DNA of 64,000 nucleotides from Podarcis erhardii. Lineage: Eukaryota. Below the pieces are notes generated by a model, which saw nothing but the letters and a program-made list of their open reading frames with translations, searched no databases and was not told where the DNA came from. The position numbers and the translations under genes are program-made. Of the stretch, positions 48,423 through 62,130 are shown piece by piece (position 1 is the first letter of the stretch; every line of letters begins with the position of its first letter). The DNA lies in the NCBI GenBank assembly GCA_964252035.1, contig OZ176207.1. One strand, 5' to 3'.

Positions 48423-49399
48423 CACGTGGGTAAATCTAGCTGACTGCTCATTATGAGATAATCTTGCTTCTTCTGCCTTTTGTTATTTTCACCCATAGAG
48501 TCCCCTGTGTTGATTGGCAAGGTAGTATTTGGTCACTTAGCACACTTATTAGTTGATTTTAATTTGTTTAATATTAAATAAGTTTAAGAACCTTGGACTA
48601 TTTTCTCCTCTACCACCAAATGTATCCTTATTTCTACACACAAACACACACACCATGTTAACATATCTGGCTATGAGACAGATAAAAGCACTGCCCCAAT
48701 ATTAACTGAAAAATCAGTTTTAAACATAATCATGTCACATGAGACTAGGTGAGATCACAGCATGCCAATACCTGCTCTGGCTCCAGAGAACATTCCTAGC
48801 AAAATTACATCAGGTGGTTCTCCCACAGAATGCATTAAAGCTTGGGAAGACTACATTCTTGACATGTCTGGTGGACCTACCCAAGGATTCAAACCTTCTG
48901 GCAGCACATATGTAGCATATTTTCAAAAAGAAGAGAAAGTAGTCATCCAATATTTTTGCTGCTAAATATAGTACATGGCCATAATATTTTCACAAGATAA
49001 AAGGATTTATTTCCATTTCTTCCCATGGCAGCAAACTGGACAAACCCACACCCTGAAGGAGTCTAATAGCATTCTTTTGATGACCCTATGGTTAAACAGA
49101 ATATGGGCACTCCTTATTGTGGAGAATTTATTGAATCAGGGTAAAGAAAAGAGCCCTGGTTTGTCCACCACCACCCCAAAAAAATAATAATAGTCCAACA
49201 TGGAATTATTCTAGTTTATGTAGAAGCAATCTCTGCATGTATAGAATGCCATTTTAAATCTATATTGAACATGCTTATTGCATCAAGACTGATCCTAAAC
49301 TGGCATACAGAAATTGTCATTCAGTTTGCAAAAAACATGGTATTAGAAGAAAAATATATTGTGTTTTTTCAAGGATTCTAATAGTTGCACATGACTCAC

Positions 49400-51772
49400 C
49401 TCTCCAGATGCATTTGGGAGCAGTTCCTTCCCATTCCTAACCTCCCCATTATCTGCAAAAACAGGAATGTTGGGGCTGAAGACCATGAGGTCACTCTTGG
49501 CTCCAGCCTCCCCGCTCACACCTGCCAGGATGTGGCTGTGGCGATTGGAATATGACCAGCTGCCCACTTCACTGGCACATACCAGTGTGGCTGTACCAGG
49601 ACCATACACCATGGCCTCCTTGGCCTGGCAACGGCATCGCAAGGCCACGTAAAAGATGACTGCTAGGAGGAACAAGCTGGACACGGAGCAGATGGCAATG
49701 ATCAGGTAGACATTGACATTGTCCACCAAAGACTTTGGGCTTTCACCTGTCCTGGAAAGGCGGGTGTCAGTCTTCACAGCCTGGGCACTTGCCACCAGTG
49801 ACACACTCAGGGTGGCTGTGGCCGTGAGTGAAGGTGTGCCATGATCTTTCACCAACACAAGGAGATTCTGGCTGCTTCTGCCCTCCACCTCATCCAGGGC
49901 ACGTGTGGTACTGATCTCCCCACTGTACAGCCCCACACGCCAAGGGCCAGCGGTCAACTCATGCATCTCATATCTCAACCATGCATTGTACCCTGAGTCA
50001 GCATCCAGGGCACGGATCTTGCCCACCATGTGTCCAGACAACACAGGAGCCACTAGAACAATTGGAGTCTCTTCTGATGAACCTGCCACTGTAGGCGCAT
50101 TGTCATTCTCATCCACCACAAACACCTGAACTGTAGTGTTGCCACACAAGGAGGGCAACCCAGCATCCTTGGCCCTCACTTGGAACTCCAGAAGCTTTAT
50201 GTCCTCATAGTCCAAGGGCTGCAAAGCATAGACCTTCCCACTCTCCGAGTGCACCGAGATGTAGCTTGTCAGGGGCCAGAGTGTCTCATCGATCCAGTAG
50301 CTGACTAGAGCATTCTCAGCCACATCCGGGTCTGAGGCAGACACAGTGAAGATGTGGGCTCCCGGTGGATTATTCTCCTTCACAAAGACCGTGTAGGAGG
50401 GCTGCGTGAAAGCTGGAGCATTGTCATTTACATCACGGATAGGAACTAAGAGGCTGCTGCTAGCAGACAATGGTGGAACGCCTTGATCTTGAGCTGTCAC
50501 TACCAAGCTGTACTCAGCCACCCGCTCCCGATCCAAAGGCTCTGCTAGAGTTAAGGAGTAGTAGTTCTTGAATGTTGATGCTAATTTGAAAGGCAGCCCA
50601 GGGGGCCACAAGGAGCAACTCACTTGCCCATTGGCTTCAGAGTCCCTGTCCGAGATGCTGACGAGGGCCACCACTGTCCCTGGAGGAGAGTCCTCTGGCA
50701 CTGGCACAGCAAGAGAAGTCACAGAAACTTCTGGAACATTGTCGTTCATGTCTAACACCTCAATAAGAACTTTACAGTGTCCAGACAAAGGCAAACTGCC
50801 TTTATCTTCTGCAACAATTTGAAGGTCATATAGATTAATGTCTTCAAAATCTACTTTCCCAATCACTCTGACCTCACCTGTGTTGGCATTTATGCTAAAT
50901 ATCTTTGTGAAACGGGGTGGTACATTATTACTAAAAAAATAAGTGATTTCCCCATTAATTCCTTCATCTAAATCTGTAGCATTCAGTTTAATAACCGTTG
51001 TTCCATTAGCTGCATTTTCCCATAGCTTTACCTTGTAAGTGGATTGGTTAAATACAGGAGGGTTGTCATTTGCATCCAGGACACTGATCACCAGCTGGAC
51101 TGTGCCTGTGAGCTTTGGTTTGCCCCCATCAGTGGCTGTGAGTACCAAGTGATGCACAGGAGTCTTCTCTCTGTCAAGTGGGGTTTTTAGCATAAGTACT
51201 GGAGATTTACTCTGGTCCTCATCACCTCCCGATTCAAGAATGAAATAGTCATTAGGGCTGAGCTTGTAGGTCAGCAAAGCATTGACATCTGTATCTGCAT
51301 CAGAGGCACCAGTTAACAGGAAACGGAAACCTGGTAAACGTGATTCTGCAATAGTCAAATTCTGTTCATTTACTGAAAAAAGAGGAGCATTGTCATTTAT
51401 GTCCTTGATCTCCACTTCCACATGGAAGACCCTGAGAGGTTTATCCACAATCATCTCCAGGTGAATGGAGCACACAGGGTTCTTGCTGCAAAGCTCCTCC
51501 CTGTCTATCCGGGAATTCACAAACAAGATTCCATTTTGCACATTTACCTCAAAATAGTCTTCATGTCCTCTAGACACCATCTGGAACATCCGAGGCACCA
51601 GCTCTCCAACGTCCAGCCCCAGATCCTGGGCAATACGGCCCACAAAGGTGCCATGCTGGGATTCCTCCGGCACAGAATAATGGAGCTGGCCGCTCCCCAT
51701 TTCCCAGGCTGTGTGGAGAAGAACCAGCTGCAGCAGCTGCTTTACCACGGAAGGATTCTGCCAAGGAACCAT
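49400..51772 (-). CDS. PCDHA: Protocadherin alpha alternate variable exon (791 codons)
   Basis: The likely start is 51772, giving a 28-aa leader; an in-frame upstream ATG lies at 51805, and the ORF-track start at 51823 is GTG. EC1-6, TM and the alpha tail are intact. The donor GAG|GTGAGT at 49400/49399 is phase 0. Confidence 0.94.
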
Positions 51773-52012
51773 TGCAAATACAGACACAAATCCCACCAGT
51801 GGCATCTCCCCTTTAAAAATCACCTTTCTTGAAGAAGTGAAGAGCAGGGTCCAAAGAGCTCATCAGGGTTGGTGTAATCATTTGAATAGATTCCAGTAGT
51901 CTTGCATCTGGTGTGCGATATCCCTATTGTGAATCTCACAGGCAGGATTTTCAGGCTCTCTAAGGGAGGAGCTATGAATTCTCTCTGTTCTTAAAACATT
52001 TCCTTAGGCAAC

Positions 52013-52027
52013 AGTGACCCCTTGTGA
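52013..52027 (-). promoter_or_regulatory. CSE/pCBS, CpG-less variant
   Basis: TCACAAGGGGTCACT, 241 bp upstream of ATG 51772; the flanks are paralogous to 43186-43275. Confidence 0.72.
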
Positions 52028-52222
52028 CTGAATTTTGAAATGGAGAAGCAAATTAATACATTCTGTATTTTAATCAGATGTTGCCCCCATTTGATTAATA
52101 AACCTTTTACTTTTGCATGAAGTGCTTAACTTTCTCTTACAATTGCAATTATTTTCCTTTGCTTCTCTGAATACCCTGCATAATTCATCTTAGCTTCTTC
52201 TAAAATTAATCATTTCAAAATA

Positions 52223-52356
52223 CAGTGGTACCTCAGGTTAAGAACTTAATTCGTTCTGGAAGTCCGCTCTTAACCTGAAACTGTTCTTAACCTGAGGTAC
52301 CACTTTAGCTAATGGGGCCTCCTGCTGCTGCTGTGCTGCCGCCACAGGTACCACTG
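52223..52356 (-). mobile_element. Internally deleted Tigger-like MITE (right half)
   Basis: Both TIR ends and TA flanks are present; corresponds to one half of 17565-17790. Confidence 0.85.
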
Positions 52357-52715
52357 TACAATCAACAGGAGCCCACAGCTAATCCTGCCTCCATTGGTGG
52401 TGTGGACGCAGGAAAGTGACTGCTTTCAGACTTTGGAACTCCCTAGAGAAGCTAGACTGGCTCCGTCCCTCCTTGTCTTTCTGCTGGCAGGTGAAGACTT
52501 TCTTGTTCCAACCAGCTATGGAAACTGACTTCTTATAATGAAACGGCTGGTGTAATGTGCTCTCTCTCTCTCTCTCTCTGTATGTATAGAGTTTTAATTC
52601 TATTAATGTTTACTTGTTTTTTAATTATTGTTTTTCCTGTGTTTTAGCAATTCTGTTTTTACCTGTAAGCTGCTTTTGTAAGCTGCTTTGAGTTCCTGTC
52701 AGAGAAAAAGGTAGA

Positions 52716-52742
52716 ATGATGATGATGATGATGATGATGATG
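52716..52742. repeat. (ATG)n microsatellite
   Basis: About 9 units, read directly. Confidence 0.95.
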
Positions 52743-52817
52743 TGTCTGATGGGTGTTGACAAACACATGCAGATCAAATTGACATGTGGACTTAACCTTT
52801 GCACTGCATGCATTATA

Positions 52818-52967
52818 CAGTGGTACCTCGGGTTACAGACGCTTCAGGTTACAGACACTTCAGGTTACAGACCTGAAGTCTGTAACCCAGAAATAGTACC
52901 TCGGGTTAAGAACTTTGCTTCAGGATGAGAACAGAAATCGTGCGGCGATGGCACCACTGTACCACTG
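52818..52967 (+). mobile_element. Internally deleted Tigger-like MITE (left half)
   Basis: Starts at CAGTGGTACCTCGGG, has an internal triplicated caggttacagac, and ends accactgt-accactg-TA. Confidence 0.85.
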
Positions 52968-55884
52968 TATTTTAGGAGGCAAATCTGGATTTGTTGCCAT
53001 GTAATATGTAAGAGCCATTAACTGATATGTTTCCTTTAATCTGTTCATGTCACATGCTGCCATTGCTCATATTATGAAAATAAGGGTGGAATTCAACTGA
53101 ATAATTGTGTGAGCAGAATGACTTCCGTTCATGCTGTAAGAATCTCCCTACCTCTCCTTCCCCACCTCAATACCCTCCCCAAATCTGGTCCAGATGGTTG
53201 GGGAGGGGGATCCAGAACAGATTTATAGGCTGCACAAGAGAGGAGAGGGGAGAGAATGCTTTGCTGTGCAAAGTGAAATCCTTGCGCTGACAGAATGCAA
53301 TCCTGAAAGTTCTAGATTGCCATACATAATTGTAAAAACTTACTATTATTTTTTGCACTTTTAGACCACTCTTCATGCCATAGAATCCTGTTATTTGTAG
53401 AGGTGGTCTAAGTTTGGGGGGTGGGGGTGGGCAAGAGACTTGCTGGGTCAACCTCCAAGGCCACAGACCAACGGAACTACATTCCACTCCCTCATTTTCA
53501 AAGCTACTGTTCTTAAACAGTATCTCAGGTGGATATGGTAACTGATCACCCCTCCTGTCAGGAGAAGCAAATGACAGCAGTAGAGGGAGCACTGTGGCTT
53601 TGTTGTGTTCCTTTGGCCTGACCAAGACAGGTCATCTTGAATTGGGCTTCCTCCCTGTGTTCCTCTGGAGCAATATCATAGTTACAATTGTCAGTTAGAT
53701 GCCTGAGAGAGAAGCAGCACTTTTGGGGATGCTTCTTCCAAGGCAGGTAGAAAACCCATCACCAGACAACAGCTTCCACAGTGCTTGCCAGTCTATGGCC
53801 TTGGCAGATGCCCAACTGTGCCAGCAATGTCTGTTTGCTATTGCCTCCTCCATTTTATTTTCTACTGGATAAGTTTATATAATGTTAAAAATCCAATGCA
53901 TAGCTTTAATAATAATTTTTTAAAACCTACGCCAACCTCTGATGCTGGGTCTCGCAAGTTAATAGTTTTGTATCTACTTCTTTTGCGGGGGGAGGGGGGA
54001 TACATTTTGTTTAGGCAAGCCTATCTGGATGTGTAGAATGTGAATATATGCCTTAATCGGTTTTTAGTTTGTTGTTTATCTTATGTCTTCAATGATTCAA
54101 AGAGTTGTTTTATGGTTTTCTACTCACAGTTTTATTGTGTGTTATTTTGTAAACTGCTTTGGGGTTTTCCTAAGAATTAAGCAGTATATAAATGTTATGA
54201 AATAAAGTAAAATAAATAAGGAAGGAACACACAGCCTTTCCTTCATAATTGCCTCATCCTCTTTTTCCCTTCCTTATTCTCAAGTTTGGAAGGAGTGGTG
54301 GCTATTTTTTGCTTTTATGTACAAATAGTGGTGTGTGTGCTTTTCTGACCCTCTTTCCATGTTATTTATTGCTGAAAGAGAAGTATTTTACTGAAATTCA
54401 AATTTTGGGAAAGTATTAATAGACCTGGAACAGTTTTTCAATAGACTTTAGACTGTTTGAGATCATGGATGTTGTGAAGGATTGAAACTATTCAGCCATT
54501 TTGTGTTTTATTGCTGGATGTAAAATTATTGCTCTCAGTTTACAGGTTATTTTTGTGGGATGGTAAAAAACTCAGCCCAGGAAACAAACTTAAAATGGGA
54601 AAGAAATATACAAACTTCAGGAAGAAAAAAGAAGCCTAAATATTATTGGGCAACAGAAACAAAACTCTACTGCACTGTCCAAGATGGTGGCTTGGGCGAG
54701 GTGACATCATGCATGTAAATAAAGCTGGCAAATAGGAATACAGTTGGCATTAAAGTCAGAAGAAAGAGATGAAATCAGAAGAAAGGAGCCAGGATTGAGA
54801 GCACTGTAGAGAACAAACTGTTGATAGTACTGAACTGAAAAGCCTTGAGGCTCATTTCCTCCAGACAATGATGAGCTGAAACTGCTTAGGGCTTTACACA
54901 TCAAAAAAGTATTTCAGGAACATAGGCTGTAAACTTTATAATGGGAATTCATGTTGGTGAAAGACTGGATTCCACAGTGCCATGTGGTGACCAAGATAAC
55001 TGCAGTCATCTGACCTGGCTGGCCAATGGCTCCTCCTAGGCAAGGAGAAGTATAAAGGACTCCCTTTTGCAGCTGAGTCTTTCTTCTGCAACAAGGTCTT
55101 CTTGAACTATAGGATACGACTGTGGAGTGCCTGGCGCTGACTCGGTATTTAAAGAAAAGTGATTTTTTAAATAGATAGTGTACTTTGTGAGTTTGGGGGA
55201 TGTGTGTGTGTGCACACAAGATTCTGACCTGATCTGGGCAACAACTCCCCGGCCCCAAATAAATATTTTTTGGGGAGGAAGCTAGTGTTTAAATAGGGTT
55301 AATTTGGGCCACAATCTTGATTCAAAATGCTGCCCAACATCCAAACATTGTCCGAGACAGCTGCCTCCACCTTGGGAACCCTCATGTCGAGTTTAGTGAC
55401 AACTCAAAAGACAGTTGAACCCATGCCAAAAAACGTGTGAAGTCGCACCAAAGTGACATTTTGGTCAGCCATCTTGATTCAAAGTGGTGCACGGTGTTCA
55501 AACATCAATGAAGTCCGCTTTCCCACCTTGGGAGCCCTCATGCCAAGTTTGACAATGATATATTGAGAGGCATCCAACTCTTTGAGAACAAATGGACAAA
55601 CAGACAAATCACTTTCCCAAATATGTCTAGGACACCTTGCGTTTCTTGTCTTCCTCTTTGGTCCTGACTCTTGGCTTGTTTTTCAGTCTGGTTTGCTTCT
55701 GATTCTGATTGCTGTATGATCATGCCTTCCAATTTGTTCTTCAGTCTTGGCTTCCAATCCTGAATTAGTCTTGGCTCTTGGTTTGTTTTCTGACCCTGCT
55801 TCCTGATGACTCGTAAATCCTGAATGCTCTTTGGTCCTAGTTCCTGGCTGTCCTGAAACTGCTGTCTATAGCCCAGCTATGCTT

Positions 55885-56520
55885 AATATAATATAATTCA
55901 TTTATCACAAATATCCAAAACATCTGTTTTATTGAATTTTCTCAGTGCTGAAATAGCATTTGACAGTGTGGAAAATGTTGTAATGTACAAAGTAATAAAA
56001 GCATTAGGATTTTGCCTCACTATGTGAACATCAATTGAGTTGATTCACTATGCAGTGAAAAAATAATTGTTGACAGACAGCAATGAAAACTGTATTTCCT
56101 GAATGAGGAGTAAGACAAGATTGTTTTCTTTCATCTTTCCTATTTAATTTTTGTATAGAGCTCTTCCCGACCACTGGTACAGCTTAAAGTTAGCCATGGG
56201 ATTGATTGGATTATTAGAGTATATGTTTCAAATTGCACTTTAGGTGGATAATATATTTCTGGTACACTTAAAAAAAAGAAATTGAAATGCAAAGATTCAG
56301 AGTTGGTAGCTGCATTTGGAAACACAGTGGGAGTGTAAATTCAGGTGAATGAAGAAGGCAGTGGTGTTTAAAAAATAATCTGTATCCCTTGCCCTATCAA
56401 CAGAGCTCCTAAACACCACTCATATTTACAAAGATATTCATTGCTACAGATGCTCTCCAATGCAATCTTTTAAATATCACATCCAAATCAGTCAAAAGCC
56501 TTTTCGTATCTAGAAATATC
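55885..56520 (+). mobile_element. Highly degraded L1-clade RT fragment
   Basis: FLSAEIAFDSV (cf. DAEKAFD), GVRQDCFLSSFLFN (cf. GVRQGCPLSPLLF) and KIAL*VDN (cf. KIALYADD). Confidence 0.7.
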
Positions 56521-58964
56521 CAAGCTCTCACTATAAAATTGTTTGGTAATATAATCCAATTGTATATGATTGTATTCAATGCAGGGGTGGAACTTCTGGG
56601 GGAACAGAGCTTCTCTTTCACTCCTGTCCCCTCCAGCACCCCACCACCACACACCCTCAAAATCAGCTCTGGAGAGTTGGAGGACCCTCCAGATTTCAAG
56701 GGTTCATAGGAGGGAGGAGAGGAAATGTAGGTCCTGTTCCACCAACAGAACTATGTGTGTGGAGCATTAGATGCAACCCATAGCTTTCATTTTCTCTGAA
56801 AGCTTTTTTAATTAGGAAAAAAGCCTGCTTTGTTATCAGATATATTGATAAACAATATTTTATTAATGGCAGAATTTTTATCCATTTTCCTTTGATGTAA
56901 TAAATAATGCTTTATGGCTGACTTAAGAGTCATGATTATTTCAATTATATTCAATTATATTTATTATATTTATGAAGAGAGAGACAGACAGAGAGAGAAA
57001 ATCTATGTTGCACTGGAGGCATGACAAGCATGGCCTGGCAGAAAATTTGATTCTTAATTTCAGACAATAATAATGCAGAATTGAACCATTTACCAGCTAC
57101 AGACAATTTGCTTAAACCAATCATCATCAACCATTTGAGACCCAGCATCTACCTTTAATTGTACCACACAGAACATTACCCACTTATTATTTTTAATTGC
57201 CTATATAATTAATCATTATTAGAATGTTGACATAATACTTTTCCATTTTGTGAACTACTTGTATTAATTTAAAATAAACAGACTTTCAACAATGCAATTA
57301 TCAAGGAACAGTGGTTGAAAAGGCACCACACAGAAAAAATACTCTCTGCTAAGGTACATCTCCAGCTGTCGTGTGCTGTAGTTATTTATATTTATCTCCT
57401 TCTGATATGGGCTTTCCTAGCACCAGATATCTTATGATATGCCCTTTTCCTGAAAGTGGAATATCAATATTTACAAACTGAGAGACTTCAGAGTGGCAAG
57501 ACTCCACAGAATTTCATTCAACAACCTTCCCTGAATCCAGTTTCCATCGCCATCTCAGAACTGAAAGATTCACCCTCTTTTATTCTGATATCTTTTTTTT
57601 AAAAAGTGTGTAATTCTTAAACTATGAGCTTACCTTCCTAAAGGCAGGTGAACCAAGAACAGGTAACAGCTAACCATCACCACCAAAATGCCAGTCCAAT
57701 TGTAGCACCTGTCCAGGCCTCCTCATTAACTCTCTAAAGGCTGCACAAGAACAATTGCATCCTGGCTTCCCTAAACCCTCAAACTACCAAGCACTTGCAA
57801 AGTAAAATGAAAAACAACATGAATTTTTGGTGCATTTCACAATCACACAGGCAATTCACTTCTTGTCTCAGAAATATAATTCAGATCTCATCATGGATTG
57901 TGCAGCACAAATAATTGTTTATGCAGTGTAACTATTATTATTTCACCAAAAAGGCAATAATGCAAATATTAAAATTCTGATAAAAATATTAGATTCACAC
58001 CATATTTCTACCAAAATGTGTGTATGTGTACAAGGCAAAACACAGCAGCCAGAGCCCTGTTTGAAATTTCCTTCTCAGAGCACATTTCTCCAGTTTTATA
58101 CTATCTGTATTGGTTCCCAGCTAGTTTGGTGGGCACCACTAGAAGTGTTAGTTATTTTCTTTGAAGTCCTAGATAGTTTGGTACCAGAATATTAGAGGGA
58201 CCATCCCCTGTCACATGAACCAGCCTGCCCATTGCACTCAGCATTGGACCCCTTGCCTTACAGAGCAACTGAAACCATACCAGGGAGCAGTGCAACTGAA
58301 GACCCACTGCCACACCTGAAGCCCTGCCAGCTGGCACTGGCCAGAAGAGAAGGTAGGGGATGGTCTTGTTTCAGTTTCTGCTGCACAAAATCCAGGCTGG
58401 TGCTGCTGGAGGGCCTGAAGACTGGGACCCTCAAGGGCTCGGCAAGGCTTTAGATCCATCAGATCTGAAGCTTCAGATACCTTATCTCAACCTTGAAATA
58501 CCCTGCTTCAGGGTTTATTGGCCAACAAGTTCCTGCTCTCTTGGATACAGCACCTCATCCTAACTGCTCCAGTGGCATGGATTGAGGATTAGAATTGCAC
58601 TCTTAACAATCTTCTCCCTGCACCCCAAGCCAGGCTACATATTTGATGATTTTTAGTTGATTAAAAAAGATAGTTAAATGCTGGCATAATTTATTATGCT
58701 ATAAAGAAAGTTGAGAGGTTCCCCTTCCCCCCATTCTCCCATTACCCAGTAAAATCAATTGGCAGGAACTCTTTTTTTTTCCAACAAAGCAGATATTTAA
58801 ATATGGCATTCACTTAGGTAGCTTTTAGAAGTAGGATTAGACAAGTTCAAAAGAGATAGATCTATCATAACTATTAAGCTTGATATCTAAATGAAGACTC
58901 CATGTTAAAGAGCAGTATATCTCTGTGATAGAGACAAATAGGTCAGTAGATCTCCTTTGTGCCC

Positions 58965-59360
58965 TAGAATCATAGAATCATAGAATCATAGAGTTGGAAG
59001 AGACCACAAGGGCCATCGAGTCCAACCCCCTGCCAAGCAGGAAACACCATCAGAGCACTCCTGACATATGGTTGTCAAGCCTCTGCTTCAAGACCTCCAA
59101 AGAAGGAGACTCCACCACACTCCTTGGCAGCAAATTCCACTGTCGAACAGCTCTTACTGTCAGGAAGTTCCTCCTAATGTTTAGGTGGAATCTTTTTTCT
59201 TGTAGTTTGGAACCATTGCTCCATGTCCGCTTCTCTGGAGCAACAGAAAACAACCTTTCCCCCTCCTCTATGTGACATCCTTTTATATATTTGAACATGG
59301 CTATCATATCACCCCTTAACCTCCTCTTCTCCAGGCTAAACATGCCCAGCTCCCTTAACC
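58965..59360 (-). mobile_element. Young 5'-truncated CR1 LINE 3' end
   Basis: The ORF2 end MFSLEKRRLRGDMI..NFLTVRAVRQWNLLPRSVVESPSLE..RLD is intact, followed by an octamer tail (TAGAATCA)x3 on the plus strand. Confidence 0.95.
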
Positions 59361-59754
59361 TGTCTGTAAGCTTGCCAGATTTAGTTGCTTAGCTGCTGCT
59401 AGAAACATAATATTGACCTATATGAATCTAAGGTCTGATGCAAGCAGGCAATTTCAATTGAAACTGTCTTGGTCATTCTGACAGACCACCTTTACCAGCA
59501 AAGGGACGATAGAAGTGCAACTCATGATTCTCCTGAACCTTCAGCAATTTTTTTAACAACTGGCCATGTTATCCTTCTGGAATACCTCTCCTGGATGAGA
59601 TTGGGAGACAGGAAAACACACTGATACTTTTAATTATGTGTGAAATCATGATCTACAGTAAATCTCCAGCTGGATATTTGTTTTTTATGTAGATGCTGAC
59701 TTAGTAAAACAATATAGAAAAATTAAAGAAGGAAAGCCATCTCCTGAGACTTAC

Positions 59755-62130
59755 CTGTCCAGATGAGGTTGGAGCCATTTCCTTCCCATTCCCAAGCTCT
59801 CCATTCTCCATAAAGGCAGGGATGTTGGGGGTAAAAACCATGAGGTCATTCTTGGCACCAGGCTCCCCACTCGCAGCTGCCAGGATATGGCTGTGGCGAT
59901 TTGAATAGGACCAGCTGCCCACTTCGCTGGCACAAACCAGTGTGGCTGTGCCAGGGCCATACACCATGGGCTCCTTGGGTTGACACTGGCATCGCAGAGC
60001 CATATACACAATGATTGCCAGCAGAAACAATGTGGAAACTGAGCAGATGGCAATGATCAGGTAGACATTTTTGTTCTCTTCAAGCGGCTTTGAGCTCCCT
60101 CCTGCTCTAGAATGGTAGCCATCTGTGTGGATGGCCTGAGCACTGACCACCAGTGACACACTCAGGGTGGCTGTGGTTGACAGCATTGGCTTGCCATGAT
60201 CCTTCACCACTACCAGCAGATTCTGGCTGCCAGCATCACCCTCCATCTCATTCAAAACACGAGTAGTGCTGATCTCCCCACTATATAGGCCCACCCGCCA
60301 AGGACCGCTAGTTGACTCATGCAGCTCATAGTGAAGCCATGCATTGTAGCCTGAGTCAGCATCCAGGGCACGGATCTTGCCCACCATCTGTCCAGCAACC
60401 AAAGGGATCACCAGCAAGATGGGAGTGTTCTCTGGCCCAGATACTGTTGGGGCATTATCATTTTCATCCACCACAAAGACCTGCACCATCACATTGCTGT
60501 GCAAGGAGGGCAATCCGGCGTCCTTTGCACTCACTTTGAACTCCAGCAGCTTCAGTTCCTCATAATCCAAGGGCTGCAAAGCATAGACATTCCCACTTTC
60601 TGAGTGTACCGAGATGTAGCTTGACAGTGGCCAGAGGTTCTCATCTATCCAGTAGGTGACCAGAGCATTCTCAGCCACATCTGGGTCTGAGGCAGACACA
60701 GTGAAGATGTGGGCTCCCGGTGGATTATTCTCCTTCACAAAGACCGTGTAGGAAGTCTGAGCAAAAGCAGGTGCATTGTCGTTCACATCACCGATGGGCA
60801 CAACCAGGGTGCTGCTGGCTGACAAGGGTGGGTCCCCTTGGTCTCTTGCTGTTACAACTAGTTTGTATTCTGCAACCTTTTCTCGATCCAGAGGTTCATT
60901 TAGCACCAGTGAGTAGTAATTCTTGAAAGTGGATACCAGCTTAAAGGGGAGCCCAGGAGGCCACAGAGAGCAGTTTACTTGTCCATTGGTGCCAGCGTCC
61001 TTGTCTGAGGCACTGATTAGGGCCACCACTGACTCCAGTGGGGAGTCCTCTGACACAGGTACTGATAGCGATGTCACTGATACTTCCGGGATGTTGTCAT
61101 TTACGTCCATTATTTCTATGATGACATTGCAGTGCCCTGAGAGAGGAGGGGTTCCTTTGTCTTTCGCCTCAATTTCAATATCATACAGATTGATATCTTC
61201 GTAATCCACTTTTCCTTTGACCCTAATCTCACCTGTAACTGAATCTATACTGAATGTCTTTTTTACATTGGGAGAAACATGCTTACTGAAATAGTAGGTG
61301 ATTTCCTTGTTACTTCCTTCATCTAAGTCTGTTGCATTGAGATGAATAACCAATGTTCCATCTGCCACATTTTCTAACAGTTTCACCTTATAAACAGATT
61401 GATTAAATACAGGGGCATTGTCATTTGCATCAATCACAGTGATCTCAAGATGAACTGTGCTTGTGAGTTCTGGTTGACCCCCATCAGTAGCTGTTAGCAC
61501 TAAACGATGCACAGGGATTTTTTCTCTGTCCACAGGTTTCTTTAACACAAGCACTAATGATTTACTGTGCCTGTCGTTGATTTTCTCTTCAACAACAAAA
61601 TATTCTGTGGAGTTGAGCTTGTACTTCAGTTGAGCATTAGCACCAACATCTGCATCTGAGGCTCCCTCTAGAGGGAAATGAGCACCTGGCAGTGTTGACT
61701 CTGCGACACTCAAAATCTCCTCGCCCTCCGAGAAAACAGGAGCATTGTCATTTATATCCCTGATCTCCACTTCCACATGAAAAACCCGCAGGGGCTTATC
61801 CAGGATCACCTCCAAGTGAATGGTACACACAGGATTCTTGCTGCAAAGCTCCTCCCTGTCTATCCGGGAACTAACAAACAAGATCCCATTTTGCACATTT
61901 ACCTCTAAATAATCCTTGTGGTCTTTGGAAACCATCCGGAACATCCGAGGCACCAGCTCTCCCACCTCCAGCCCCAGATCCTGAGTGATGCGGCCCACAA
62001 AGGTGCCATGCTGGGATTCCTCAGGCACAGAATAATGGAGCTGGCCGCTCCCCATCATCCAGGCTTTGTGGAACACAATCAGCTGCAGCAGCTTCATTGT
62101 CACCTGGAAATCTCTTTGCAGAAAAGGCAT
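59755..62130 (-). CDS. PCDHA: Protocadherin alpha alternate variable exon (792 codons)
   Basis: The first ATG is at 62130 (the ORF-track start at 62184 is TTG), giving a 29-aa leader to QLHYS. EC1-6, TM and the alpha tail are intact. The donor CAG|GTAAGT at 59755/59754 is phase 0. Confidence 0.95.
61660..61674 (-). promoter_or_regulatory. Exonic CTCF site (eCBS)
   Basis: CCTCTAGAGGGAGCC within the FPLEGA codons, about 670 bp from the pCBS. Confidence 0.7.

Noticed and set aside
51121-51140. GCCACTGATGGGGGCA (TATDGG codons) as a replacement exonic CTCF site
   Set aside because: It mismatches the near-invariant AG at core positions 6-7 and C12, and it is explained by the conserved protein motif.
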